Translations under genes and position numbers: made by a program
Part shown: positions 19,538 to 28,586 of the stretch, in pieces
Layout of the letters: the number at the start of each line of letters is the position of its first letter
Numbering within the stretch: the stretch's first letter is position 1
Assembly: GCA_963767385.1 (NCBI GenBank)
Contig: CAVYEA010000012.1
Span: 7,450-71,449, forward strand
Direction of reading: 5' to 3'
From: an uncultured Actinomycetes bacterium
Lineage (GTDB): Bacteria > Actinomycetota > Actinomycetes > Streptosporangiales > Streptosporangiaceae
DNA: 64,000 nt
Notes under the pieces: generated by a model
Told to the model about the DNA's origin: nothing
Seen by the model: the letters and a program-made list of their open reading frames with translations, nothing else
Database searches by the model: none

Positions 19538-20336
19538 TCAGGACCGGGGCCGGGCGGGGGCCCGGGCCACGCCGTTCTGGCCGGCCGGATGGCGGCGGCC
19601 CGGATCGGGGCGGCCAGCCGGCTGAGGAGGTCCCCACGCGACGGCGACCACGGCGAGCAGCGCGGCCATCGGGGCGACCAGCGCGATGAAGCCCGACGCG
19701 CTGAGGCTGCCCAGCGCGACCAGGGCGCCGGCGAACCCCACGGCCAGCACGCCCACGACGATCAGCCCCCAGCCGTGCAGGAACAGCCGCAGGGTGAACG
19801 GCGGCGGCACGTCGGTCACGTCCTCGACCGCGGTCACCGACTTGGTGCCGCGGCGCTCCATCAGGCCGTCCCTGACCCGCGCGGTGAGGGCCAGGGTGCC
19901 CGGCTGGTCCGCGATGAGCAGCAGCTCATCGGGGTGCGCGGGGTCGGGGTACTGCGCCACCGCGCCGCCTCCGGCCGCCCATGACACCACCTTCCGGCTG
20001 CCGGACGGCCGGACCCGGTACCGGGCCTGCTCCCCGGCCAGCACCGTGTCCGGCCCTTCGATGATCACCGGCGGGGCCGGGCCGGCCCGGGGCCTCCTCG
20101 TCCTCCGGCCCGGCCGCTTCCAGCGTGCCGTGGCCGTTCTGCGCGGCCTGGGCGGTCACGTGGTCCTCACCGGTCACGATGAACTGGCGGCGGGCCAGCT
20201 GCTCGGCCAGCCGGATCTGCGCCGCGTGCACGCTCCAGGCCATCGCGACCACGCCAGCCGCCAGACCGGCGGAACCGACCCCGAGGAGGGCGGCCACCGC
20301 CGGGTGACCGGCCCCGGCTACGACCGTTGCGAGCAT
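19538..20336 (-). pseudogene. membrane protein, apparently split by one frameshift (or two overlapping genes)
   Basis: ORF 19926..20336 has a plausible TM N-terminus then an Arg/Gly-rich out-of-frame-looking tail; ORF 19538..20068 continues sensibly (PPVIIEGPDTVLAGEQARYRV.. plus C-terminal TM helices); junction near 20070-20085. Confidence 0.45.
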
Positions 20337-20500
20337 GTCATTCCCCTGGTCCGGGCCCCGGGGAGCGTTCTTCGGACACCGCCGCCCAGGGCCACCTGCG
20401 CTGCCTCACGACGCTATTAGAACACATAATCGAATAACCCGGAAGCCGGGGCGGGCAACCGGGGCGGGACCAGCCGGCCGGCCGGCCGGCGGCCCGGAAC

Positions 20501-20542
20501 GGCCGGACCAGGACGGCCGGACCAGGACGGCCGGACCAGGAC
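20501..20542. repeat. 14-bp perfect tandem repeat x3 (GGCCGGACCAGGAC)
   Basis: Read directly; lies in the 430-bp divergent intergenic region 20337-20767. Confidence 0.9.
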
Positions 20543-20767
20543 GCCCTGCGGGGGCGAACCCGCCGCCCGCCCCCGGGCCAGGCCATCCCGCCCCGCCATC
20601 TACCTAAACACCAGCCATTAACCGCCCTTACCCGCCTATTAACACGGCCCCCGTAACGAGCGCCGGGCAGAAAAATGACACCGCTCTTACCAGCGGCGAA
20701 TTGGTCGGCTACGTTGACCCCTCAGCAGGTCTTTTCCTGCTGTTCATAAACTTCACAGGGGGCGCAT

Positions 20768-21937
20768 ATGAAGATGGCGCGAGCTATTTCAGTCCTATCG
20801 GGCGGAACCGTCGCGCTCGCGATGATGACGGCCGCGCCGGCCATGGCCAGCCAGGCGCAGGCCGGCCATGCGCGGGGCCTGGGCGCCGGCACCATCACGT
20901 CCATCCTCCGGACCGGGAACATCGTGACCGGCGTCCGCGGCGCGGGCCACGGCACCGTGGTGCTGACCGGGTCGGTGGTCACCGGCGGCACAGCCGAGGC
21001 CTCCCTCTGGCATGGGCTGCTGGCCCGGGCACCCGGGGCGGCGGTGTCCGTGCTGCACCCGGCCTTCCGCGGGGTGACCTCCGCCACCTTCTACGGCCCG
21101 GACACGCACCTGTTCAATCCCCGGGCCATCCGGGCCGGGCAGGTCCGGGCGGTCGGGAGTTACGTGTCGTCGGCGGGGCCGCGCGGCGTGCACGACCAGG
21201 GGATGATCTACCTGGGGCCGCTCAGCGGCCGGGGCGGATCGTGGACGTCCATCGACGTGCCCGCCAACGGCGCGCACGTGACCGGGCACATCCGGGCCTG
21301 CCCGCGGTGGCAGCGCCGGTGCCGGGTGATGGACACCATCCCGCACAGCACCATGGGCAACCTGGTGGTCGGCAACTACGACCTCAACCCCACGGTGCGC
21401 GGCGGCGTGGCCTCCGGGAACGCGTTCATCTACAACATCACCCGGCACCGGTGGACCCTGCTCCGGCTGCACGGCAGCCTGTCCACGCAGAGCACGTTCT
21501 ACGGCATCTGGCAGGACGGGGGCCCGGGGAGCCCGCGTTACACCCTGGCCGGCGGCTCCGCGGCCGGCCGGGGCAAGCAGGGATTCCTGATCAACTACGA
21601 CGAGCGGACCGGCGCCTTCGGCCGGCCCGACTTCCTCAGCTTCGGCAATCGCCCGGCGAAGGACACCCACTTCGAGGGGATCACCGGGGTCCCGGGCGGG
21701 TTCCATCTCGTGGCGCTGAGCACGGGCCAGGGCCCGTCGATGGCCTTCGTCCCGGTGCTCAGGCACGGCCGGTTCGGCCGGGCGCAGTGGTACCCGGTCA
21801 ACGTCGGCGCGAGCGGACTGTGCCCGTGCAGCGTGACCACCGGGAACACGGTGTGGCGGAACCGGGTGATGGGGCTGTACATCCCCACCAGTTCCCCGGC
21901 CCCGCACACCTATCTCGCCACCGTCCCGGCCCGGTAG
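20768..21937 (+). CDS. secreted hypothetical protein
   Basis: 389 aa; signal peptide MKMARAISVLSGGTVALAMMTAAPAMA; no family recognised. Confidence 0.6.
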   Translation: MKMARAISVLSGGTVALAMMTAAPAMASQAQAGHARGLGAGTITSILRTGNIVTGVRGAGHGTVVLTGSVVTGGTAEASLWHGLLARAPGAAVSVLHPAFRGVTSATFYGPDTHLFNPRAIRAGQVRAVGSYVSSAGPRGVHDQGMIYLGPLSGRGGSWTSIDVPANGAHVTGHIRACPRWQRRCRVMDTIPHSTMGNLVVGNYDLNPTVRGGVASGNAFIYNITRHRWTLLRLHGSLSTQSTFYGIWQDGGPGSPRYTLAGGSAAGRGKQGFLINYDERTGAFGRPDFLSFGNRPAKDTHFEGITGVPGGFHLVALSTGQGPSMAFVPVLRHGRFGRAQWYPVNVGASGLCPCSVTTGNTVWRNRVMGLYIPTSSPAPHTYLATVPAR

Positions 21938-22030
21938 CCGGCCGCTGGCCGGCTCCGGGAACACGCCGCCCCGGGGCCGGCCAGCCATCGCGGGGCGCGC
22001 GCGGGCCCGGCGGCCTGTTAGCGTCACGGC

Positions 22031-22840
22031 ATGGCGGTGGTCCTGGTCACGGGGGGCAGCAGCGGTATCGGCCTGGCTACGGTGCGGCGGCTGGCGGCCG
22101 CGGGTGACCAGGTGTTCTGCGGGTCACGTGACCCGTACCGGGTCCCGCTTCCCCCGGGGGTGACGCCGCTGGCCATGGATGTCGCCGACCCGGAGGCCGC
22201 CCGCGCCGCGGTGGGTTCCGTGGCCGCGGCGGCCGGCCTGCTGGATGTCCTGGTCAGCAACGCGGGCACCGGCAGCCTCGCCCCGCTCGAGGAGGCGGAC
22301 GACGCCGAGGCGCACCGGATCTTCGAGGTCAACGTGTTCGGCCCGATGCGGCTGGCCCGCGCGGCGCTGCCGGTCATGCGGGCCCAGGGCGGCGGCCGGA
22401 TCATCAACGTGACGTCGGAGAATGACACCGCCCCGGCGCCGTTCGGCGGCTGGTACTCGGCATCCAAGGCCGCGCTGGCCAGCCTGAGCACGGTGCTCGA
22501 CGCCGAGGTGCGCGGGGCCGGGGTCGCGGTGACGGTGGTGGCGCCCGGCCTTTACCGCACCGCGATGTCGCAGGCGCTCCCCTCGTTCGGGGTCGCCGCG
22601 GACTCCCCCTACGCCGCGGAGTTCGCGGCCCTGCGGGACCGGACCCTCGCCGCGCTGCAGCGGGCGGGTGACCCGGACGAGGTGGCCGAGGCCATCGAGG
22701 ACTGCATCCGGGCGGCCGAGCCGCCGGCCCGGATCGTGGTCGGCGCGGACGCCCTCGCGATGGACAAGACCATCCGGCAGGCGGGCGCCGAGGACGTGGC
22801 CCGGCTGCTGCGGGAGTTCGTCGCGGGCCTCACGCCGTAA
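22031..22840 (+). CDS. short-chain dehydrogenase/reductase
   Basis: TGGSSGIG cofactor motif, NAG, catalytic YSASKAAL. Confidence 0.9.
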   Translation: MAVVLVTGGSSGIGLATVRRLAAAGDQVFCGSRDPYRVPLPPGVTPLAMDVADPEAARAAVGSVAAAAGLLDVLVSNAGTGSLAPLEEADDAEAHRIFEVNVFGPMRLARAALPVMRAQGGGRIINVTSENDTAPAPFGGWYSASKAALASLSTVLDAEVRGAGVAVTVVAPGLYRTAMSQALPSFGVAADSPYAAEFAALRDRTLAALQRAGDPDEVAEAIEDCIRAAEPPARIVVGADALAMDKTIRQAGAEDVARLLREFVAGLTP

Positions 22841-23193
22841 CCGCGGGCCTGGCCGCGGCCCCGTGCGGGACCGGCCGCCAGCGCGCCAGGCCCGTCTTAC
22901 GGCACTCCTCCCCGCCTTTCCTGAACGCCCTTTTTCCGGCCCCGGAATTTACCATCGGCGGCTGCGGCAGGCACGACGGGCGGCCCCCAGATGGTTAAGC
23001 TCGGCCTCAGGAATATGGCCCTATTTATTTGACCGGCTACTGCGGGTTTCCCATTTTTTTCACGGCAAAGACCGGCCGCATGGGCGCCGCCCGCCGGGAG
23101 CAGCGAGCAGAAAGGCCCCGTCCCGTGACCTTCATTCCCAACGCCCCCCACGAGGCCGGGGCCGCCACCACCCGGCCCGGCCGCCCGGGGGCG

Positions 23194-24090
23194 ATGTCCC
23201 GGCGCCAGCGGTTCCGCCGCGGCGCCGTCGCGTCCGGGGCGCTGGCCGCCGCGGTCATGCTGGCGCTGCCCGGGCCGGCCGGTGCCAGCACCAGGGGCGC
23301 GGCCGACCTGAGCGCCGCCGGCCACGTGAGCACCGCCGGCCGGCTGGGCACGGGCACTGCCGCCGCCCGGCGGGGCGGTTACTCTCTCCAGGTACTCAAG
23401 CTGCGGCCGATGCCGGCCGGGCTGGTCAGCTTCGGCCGGCGGCACGGCCGCCTCACCGTCCGCGCGGTGCTGTTCGGCCTGACCCCGGGCTCCTCACACG
23501 GGGTCAGCCTGCTGCTGCCCGGGCGGTTCCGGGTCGTCCCGTTCGGCCCGCTCACCGCGAACAGCGTGGGCCAGGCCGCCGCGACCCTGCGCAGCAGCTA
23601 CTCCGGCCGCCTGCTGGCCGGGAGCCGGCTGGTGATCCGGATGGGCACGGGGCGCCATGGTGTGGCCGCCGAGCCGATCGCGGTGACCAGGCGGCTGGCC
23701 GGCCCGGGCCGCCGCCCGCACCCTCTCATCGCCGTCGAAGCCGGCGGCCAGGGCCCGCTGCGGGGCCGGACCAGCATCGCCTACAGCCCCTCCCACCACA
23801 CGCTGACGGTCACGGTCACGGCGGCCGGGCTGACGCCGGGGTCGCACGCCGCCCACATCCACCTGGGCAGCTGCATGAGCCAGGGCCCGGTCAAGTACAT
23901 GCTGGGTGACCTGGTCGCGAACCGCCACGGCCGGATCACCCGCGCCGTCGCTTTGATCCGCAACGTGACCTCGCCGGTCCCGGCGAGCGGCTGGTACGTC
24001 AACATCCACCAGGGCAGCAGCGCGACGATCCTGAACAACGGCCAGCCCACCATCTTCTTCCGCCCGCTGTTGTGCACGGACGTCCACTAG
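23194..24090 (+). CDS. secreted protein, CHRD-domain-like
   Basis: ORF 23029.., start ATG 23194 (MSRRQRFRRGAVASGALAAAVMLALPGPAGA); GSHAAHIHLGSC and WYVNIHQG resemble CHRD repeats. Confidence 0.55.
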   Translation: MSRRQRFRRGAVASGALAAAVMLALPGPAGASTRGAADLSAAGHVSTAGRLGTGTAAARRGGYSLQVLKLRPMPAGLVSFGRRHGRLTVRAVLFGLTPGSSHGVSLLLPGRFRVVPFGPLTANSVGQAAATLRSSYSGRLLAGSRLVIRMGTGRHGVAAEPIAVTRRLAGPGRRPHPLIAVEAGGQGPLRGRTSIAYSPSHHTLTVTVTAAGLTPGSHAAHIHLGSCMSQGPVKYMLGDLVANRHGRITRAVALIRNVTSPVPASGWYVNIHQGSSATILNNGQPTIFFRPLLCTDVH

Positions 24091-24111
24091 CCGGCTGACC
24101 ACGGATGTCCG

Positions 24112-25455
24112 CTACCCGGCGGACTCCGGACGGCCCGCGCCGCCCAGTTCGCGGCGCAGGGCCGCGGTCAGCACGTCCACGTCGGGCATCCGGCCGGGGT
24201 CGGACAGGACGGTGATCCGCAGCACCCCGGTGTACGAGAGCGCGCCGAAGGTGACGGTCACGTTGCCGGTGGTGCTGGGGACGGGGATCACCGCCCGCAC
24301 CGGGGCACCGCCGAACGTGAGCGGCTGCGCCGGGCCGCGGAGGTTCGTGGCGAAGGTGTGAATCAGCCGCTGGCGGTTGAAGAACGCCCGCAGCAGGCCG
24401 GTGCGGGCCAGCAGCCGGAACGGGGGCCCGAGCAGCACGGACGATGTCCCGCGGGCGGCCGTCTTCCGCCCGCGGGTGATCCCGGCCACCTGGCTGACCC
24501 GGCCGGCCAGGTGGCCGCCGGCCGGGACCGTCACCGGCATCACCCCGACCTGGTTGCCGAGCTGGCCGGCCGTGGCCTCCCGGCGGGCGGACACCGGGAC
24601 CGAGACGCTGACCAGGCCCAGCTCCTCGCCCCGGCTGGCCAGCAGGGCGCGCAGCGCGCCGGCGATGGCGGCCAGCACGACGTCGTTGACCGTCCCGCCG
24701 CAGGCATGGCCCAGGTCGCGGACCGCGGCGAGATCGGCGGTGACGACATCGAGGCGCCGCGCGGGCCCGGTGGGCCGGTTCAGCGAGGTAGCCGGGAACC
24801 GGCGGGGCGGCCGGGCACCGCCCAGTTCGGCGAGGCCCTGCCCGGCCGTGCGCGCGCCGCCCGCCAGGTGGGCCAGGCCGCGTAGCCGGCCCGCCCAGGC
24901 ATCCGCGGCCAGCGTGCGCGGGCCGGGGGCGGGAGCCGGGAAGGCGGCCGGGCGCGGCGGTGCGGGCGGCGGTCCGGGGGGCCCGTCCACCAGCCCGGCC
25001 AGGACGGCCAGCCCGCCGATGCCATCGGCCAGCACGTGGTGCATGACGACGACCAGCCCCGTGCCGCCGTCCGCCAGGCCGGTGACGAACGTGGCCGACC
25101 ACAGCGGCCGGGACCAGGGCAGCGGCGCGCGGACCAGGGCGGCGGCCACGTCGAGCAGGGCCCGTTCGTCGCCGGGCGGCGGGCAGGGCCGCGACCCGAT
25201 GTGCTGCCCGAGGTCGAACGCGGGATCGTCGGCCCAGAACGGCCGCCCGCAGCCGGGCGGCGCCCGGCGCAGCCGCTGCCGCAGCCGGGGCACGGCGCGG
25301 ATCCGCCCGGCCAGCAGCCGCTGGGCCTCCGTGACGCTGAACCCGGCACTGGCCCCCAGCACCAGCACCGCACCCACGTGCATGGGGACGGGGCCCACGT
25401 CGGTGGCCAGCTGCATCAGGTCGGCCGGGGTGGCCCGGTCCACTGGCGGCCGCAC
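24112..25455 (-). CDS. wax ester synthase / diacylglycerol acyltransferase (WS/DGAT) family
   Basis: ORF 24112..25593; acyltransferase motif HHVLADGIGG; PLWSATFV; start set to GTG 25455 just after the upstream stop, uncertain. Confidence 0.85.
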   Translation of the reverse strand: MRPPVDRATPADLMQLATDVGPVPMHVGAVLVLGASAGFSVTEAQRLLAGRIRAVPRLRQRLRRAPPGCGRPFWADDPAFDLGQHIGSRPCPPPGDERALLDVAAALVRAPLPWSRPLWSATFVTGLADGGTGLVVVMHHVLADGIGGLAVLAGLVDGPPGPPPAPPRPAAFPAPAPGPRTLAADAWAGRLRGLAHLAGGARTAGQGLAELGGARPPRRFPATSLNRPTGPARRLDVVTADLAAVRDLGHACGGTVNDVVLAAIAGALRALLASRGEELGLVSVSVPVSARREATAGQLGNQVGVMPVTVPAGGHLAGRVSQVAGITRGRKTAARGTSSVLLGPPFRLLARTGLLRAFFNRQRLIHTFATNLRGPAQPLTFGGAPVRAVIPVPSTTGNVTVTFGALSYTGVLRITVLSDPGRMPDVDVLTAALRRELGGAGRPESAG

Positions 25456-25472
25456 GGCCCGGGCCCGGTGAC

Positions 25473-25892
25473 TCAGCCGGGCAGGCGGCCGGGGGCGCGC
25501 CGCACGGCCAGCGCGCCGGCCGCGCCGGCCAGGGCCGCGCCGCCCGCGGACGCGGCGACCAGCCACCGGCCGGGGCTGGGCAGCGCGCGCCACGAGGCCA
25601 GGCTGGCGGCCACGTCGAGGGCGTCGGACAGGGCCCCGGCGGCGAGCCAGGCGGCGGCCGCCCCGGGCTCGGCGGCCGGGCGGAGTGCCTGCAGCGCGCC
25701 CAGCCCCAGGGCCAGGTCACGGGCACCCAGGGCGCGCCCGAAGACCTGGGCGGCCAGGTCATCGGCGGACGCGCCGACCCAGGGGCGGGCCGGTACCGAG
25801 GGGCAGGCCAGGGCGGTGAGGCCGAGGGCGACGCGCCCGGCCGCCACGGCCTGGGCCCCCCGCCGCAGCAGTGCCGCCGATGTCGGTGTCAC
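25473..25892 (-). CDS. hypothetical Ala/Gly/Leu-rich membrane protein
   Basis: 139-aa ORF directly upstream of and co-oriented with the WS/DGAT gene; composition compatible with TM helices; weak. Confidence 0.4.
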   Translation of the reverse strand: MTPTSAALLRRGAQAVAAGRVALGLTALACPSVPARPWVGASADDLAAQVFGRALGARDLALGLGALQALRPAAEPGAAAAWLAAGALSDALDVAASLASWRALPSPGRWLVAASAGGAALAGAAGALAVRRAPGRLPG

Positions 25893-26091
25893 CTGCGCCT
25901 TCCCTCCGGCACGCCCGCGCGCCGGTCCCGGCGGTGGCTGCGCACCTGATGATCATAACTGGGCGGCCGCCCGCTCCCCCGCCGCCGCGGGCCGCAGCGG
26001 CCGGGCGTGACCGGTCCCGCGGTTCAGCGGCTCCGCCGCGAGGGGGCGGGCCGGACCACGACGCGTCTCGTTAAGGAGCGGAGTGCCCTGG

Positions 26092-26937
26092 TCAGGGCTT
26101 CAGCGCCGCGGCCAGCTCACGGTAGCCCGGCACCGGGTCGGCGTCCGGCTCGGTGAGCAGCTGGACGACCACGTGGTCCGCGCCGGCCTCCAGGTGCCTG
26201 CTGAGCTGCGCCGCGACCTGCTCCGCGGAACCGTGCGCGACCAGCGCGTCGATCAGCGCGTCGCTCCCGCTCCCGCTCAGGTCCGCGTCGGACCAGCCGA
26301 GCCGGCGCAGGTTGCTGGTGTAGTTGACCAGGCCGAGGTAGGGGTTCTGGACCCGGGTGCGGCCGAGGGCCCGGGCACGCTCCGTGTCGGTGTCCAGGAC
26401 CACCTTGTGCTCGGGGGCGAGCACCGGGCCCGGCCCCAGGATGTCCCGGGCCAGGCGGGTGTGCTCGGGAGGCACGAGGTAGGGGATCGCCCCCGCGGCG
26501 CGGTCGCGGGCCAGCCGGAGCACCTTCGGGCCGAGCGCGGCCAGCACGAGCGCGTCCCGCGGGACGCCGTCGCCGAGCAGGGTGTCCACGTACGCCGCGA
26601 GGGTGTCATACGGGCGCTCGTACTGCTGGGTCGCCTCACGGTGGCCCGCGCCGACACCGAGCACGAACCGGCCCGGGTAGCGTTCCTGCACCCGGGCGAA
26701 GGAGCGGGCCACCTCGTGCGCGCCGTCCTTCCACATGTTCACGATGCTGGTGCCGACCGTGAGGGCCTGGGTCGCGGCGAGGAGTTCTTCTACCTGGGCC
26801 AGATCACCGCCGGGTGACCCGCCCAGCCACAGCGCGCCGAAGCCGGCCCGTTCCACCTCGGCGGCCAGTTGCGGCGTGACCTGGTAAGCGCCTCGCCAGA
26901 CTCCCCAGCGTCCTAGCTGATCGCGGAGCTGCGCCAT
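26092..26937 (-). CDS. LLM-class (luciferase-like) F420-dependent oxidoreductase
   Basis: Start ATG 26937 (MAQLRDQLGRWGVW..); GFGALWLGGS, VLGVGAGH, ..GADHVVVQ typical of the family. Confidence 0.85.
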   Translation of the reverse strand: MAQLRDQLGRWGVWRGAYQVTPQLAAEVERAGFGALWLGGSPGGDLAQVEELLAATQALTVGTSIVNMWKDGAHEVARSFARVQERYPGRFVLGVGAGHREATQQYERPYDTLAAYVDTLLGDGVPRDALVLAALGPKVLRLARDRAAGAIPYLVPPEHTRLARDILGPGPVLAPEHKVVLDTDTERARALGRTRVQNPYLGLVNYTSNLRRLGWSDADLSGSGSDALIDALVAHGSAEQVAAQLSRHLEAGADHVVVQLLTEPDADPVPGYRELAAALKP

Positions 26938-26954
26938 CGCCTGCTTCCCTTCTG

Positions 26955-27014
26955 CCGGATGCCCGGCGGCCCGGCCGGATGCCCGGCGGCCCGGCCGGAT
27001 GCCCGGCGGCCCGG
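26955..27014. repeat. 20-bp perfect tandem repeat x3 (CCGGATGCCCGGCGGCCCGG)
   Basis: Read directly; begins 18 nt upstream of the LLM oxidoreductase start, between it and the divergent LacI gene. Confidence 0.95.
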
Positions 27015-27232
27015 ATGAATGTCCCGGACTGCCCGAACCTCGCCGGGGGCGGCTGTGTTCCCGGGTACCCCTCCGCACCGTTCCCGCCTCATCCCCGCGC
27101 AACCGGCCCGGGGGGGCCCGGGCCTGGCACCCCGCCGGGCCGGATGCCCGGGTACGCGGCCCCCGCAGTTCTCGCCGGGACCCGGCGGCCATGGTCTTCA
27201 TCCGCGCGCTCTGTATCGGTAAAGTAGTGGGC

Positions 27233-28312
27233 GTGGGAAGTAGCGATGTCCGGGCGCGGGTGACGCTGGCTGAGGTGGCGGCCAGCTGCGGGGTGAGCCG
27301 GATGACCGTGTCCAACGCGTACAACCGCCCGGATCAGCTGTCCGCGGAGCTGCGCCAGCGCGTGCTGGCCGCGGCGGAGCAGCTCGGCTACGGGGGCCCG
27401 AGCGCGGCCGGGCGGGCGCTGAAGCGGGGCCGCAATGACGTCCTCGGGGTGCTGCTCACCGAGGCCCTGCCGTACGCATTCGGGGATCCGGGCACGGTCT
27501 CGTTCCTGCACGGGGTGACCGCCGCGACGGCCGCGGCCGGCCTGGCGCTGCAGCTCATCCCCGCGGCCGCGGAGACGGCAGAGCGGCTGGTCCGCGACGC
27601 CGCGGTGGACGGGCTGATCGCCCATTCGCCGGCCGACGATGACCCGGCACTGGCGGTGGCCCTGCGCCGCAGGCTGCCCACAGTGGTGTCCGGCGGGCCC
27701 GCCGGGGCGGGGGCGGACTGCGTCACCATCGGCAACGAGACGGCCGCCGGGAGCGCCGCCCGCCACCTCATCGAACTCGGCCACCGCCGGCTCGGCATCG
27801 TGACCTGGCGGCTGCACCCCGACGGGTATGCCGGGTGGGTCAGCCCGGGCAGGCGGGACAGCGCCCGCTACGAGGTGTTCCGCCTGCGGCTGCGGGGCTA
27901 CCAGCGCGCCGCGGCCGCGGCCGGATTGCCCGCCGGGGCCGTGCGAGTGTGGGAACAGCCGGGCCACAGCGTGGCCGACGGCCGCGCCGCGGGACACGCA
28001 CTGCTCGGCCTGCCCGGCGGTGAACGTCCCACCGCGGTACTGGCCAGCACGGACGTGCTGGCGCTGGGCGTGCTGCAGGCCGCCCGCGAACGGGACCTGG
28101 ACGTCCCCCGCGACCTGTCGGTGACCGGCTTCGATGACATCGAGGAGGCCGGGCGGGCGCTCCCCCCGCTGACCACCGTGCACCAGCCCCTGTACCAGCA
28201 GGGACAGGACTGCGCCCGCCGGCTGATCGCCCCCGGCACGGCGACCAGGCTGCTGCACCCGACCCGGCTGGTCGTCCGGGCCAGCACCGCTCCCCCGCCG
28301 GAGCGGCCGTGA
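27233..28312 (+). CDS. LacI-family transcriptional regulator
   Basis: VTLAEVAASCGVSRMTVSNAYN HTH, periplasmic-binding-fold core, ..SVTGFDDI..; start GTG 27233 (ATG 27191 is the alternative). Confidence 0.85.
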   Translation: MGSSDVRARVTLAEVAASCGVSRMTVSNAYNRPDQLSAELRQRVLAAAEQLGYGGPSAAGRALKRGRNDVLGVLLTEALPYAFGDPGTVSFLHGVTAATAAAGLALQLIPAAAETAERLVRDAAVDGLIAHSPADDDPALAVALRRRLPTVVSGGPAGAGADCVTIGNETAAGSAARHLIELGHRRLGIVTWRLHPDGYAGWVSPGRRDSARYEVFRLRLRGYQRAAAAAGLPAGAVRVWEQPGHSVADGRAAGHALLGLPGGERPTAVLASTDVLALGVLQAARERDLDVPRDLSVTGFDDIEEAGRALPPLTTVHQPLYQQGQDCARRLIAPGTATRLLHPTRLVVRASTAPPPERP

Positions 28313-28581
28313 TCATCACCCTGGGGCTGCTGTCCGGCCTGCTCACGACCGGCGCCTGGCTGCCGCAGCTGCTGCGGACCTGGCGCCGCGGCCGCGCCGA
28401 CGACATCTCCTACTCCTACCTGACCGTCTTCGCGGCGGGGGTGCTGGGCTGGCTGGCCTATGGGCTGCTGGCCGGGCAGCTCGCGGTGGTCGCCGCCAAC
28501 CTGGTCACCTTCACCCTGATCGCCGCCCTCACCCTGCTCAAGACGCACCCCCGTCAGCCCACCGACCGGGAGCCCAGGTAG
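28309..28581 (+). CDS. SemiSWEET / PQ-loop small membrane transporter
   Basis: 90 aa, three TM helices, PQ motif (AWLPQLLRTWRRG); GTGA overlap with the LacI stop. Confidence 0.7.
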   Translation: MIITLGLLSGLLTTGAWLPQLLRTWRRGRADDISYSYLTVFAAGVLGWLAYGLLAGQLAVVAANLVTFTLIAALTLLKTHPRQPTDREPR

Positions 28582-28586
28582 GGGGC

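Noticed and set aside
20701-22107. 468-aa plus-strand and 410-aa minus-strand ORFs overlapping the secreted-protein gene
   Set aside because: They are alternative, Arg-rich frames. The 20768..21937 frame has a signal peptide and balanced composition.
23999-25762. 587-aa minus-strand ORF overlapping the WS/DGAT gene
   Set aside because: It is an out-of-frame, Arg/Pro/Gly-rich translation. The HHVLADG frame is the real one.
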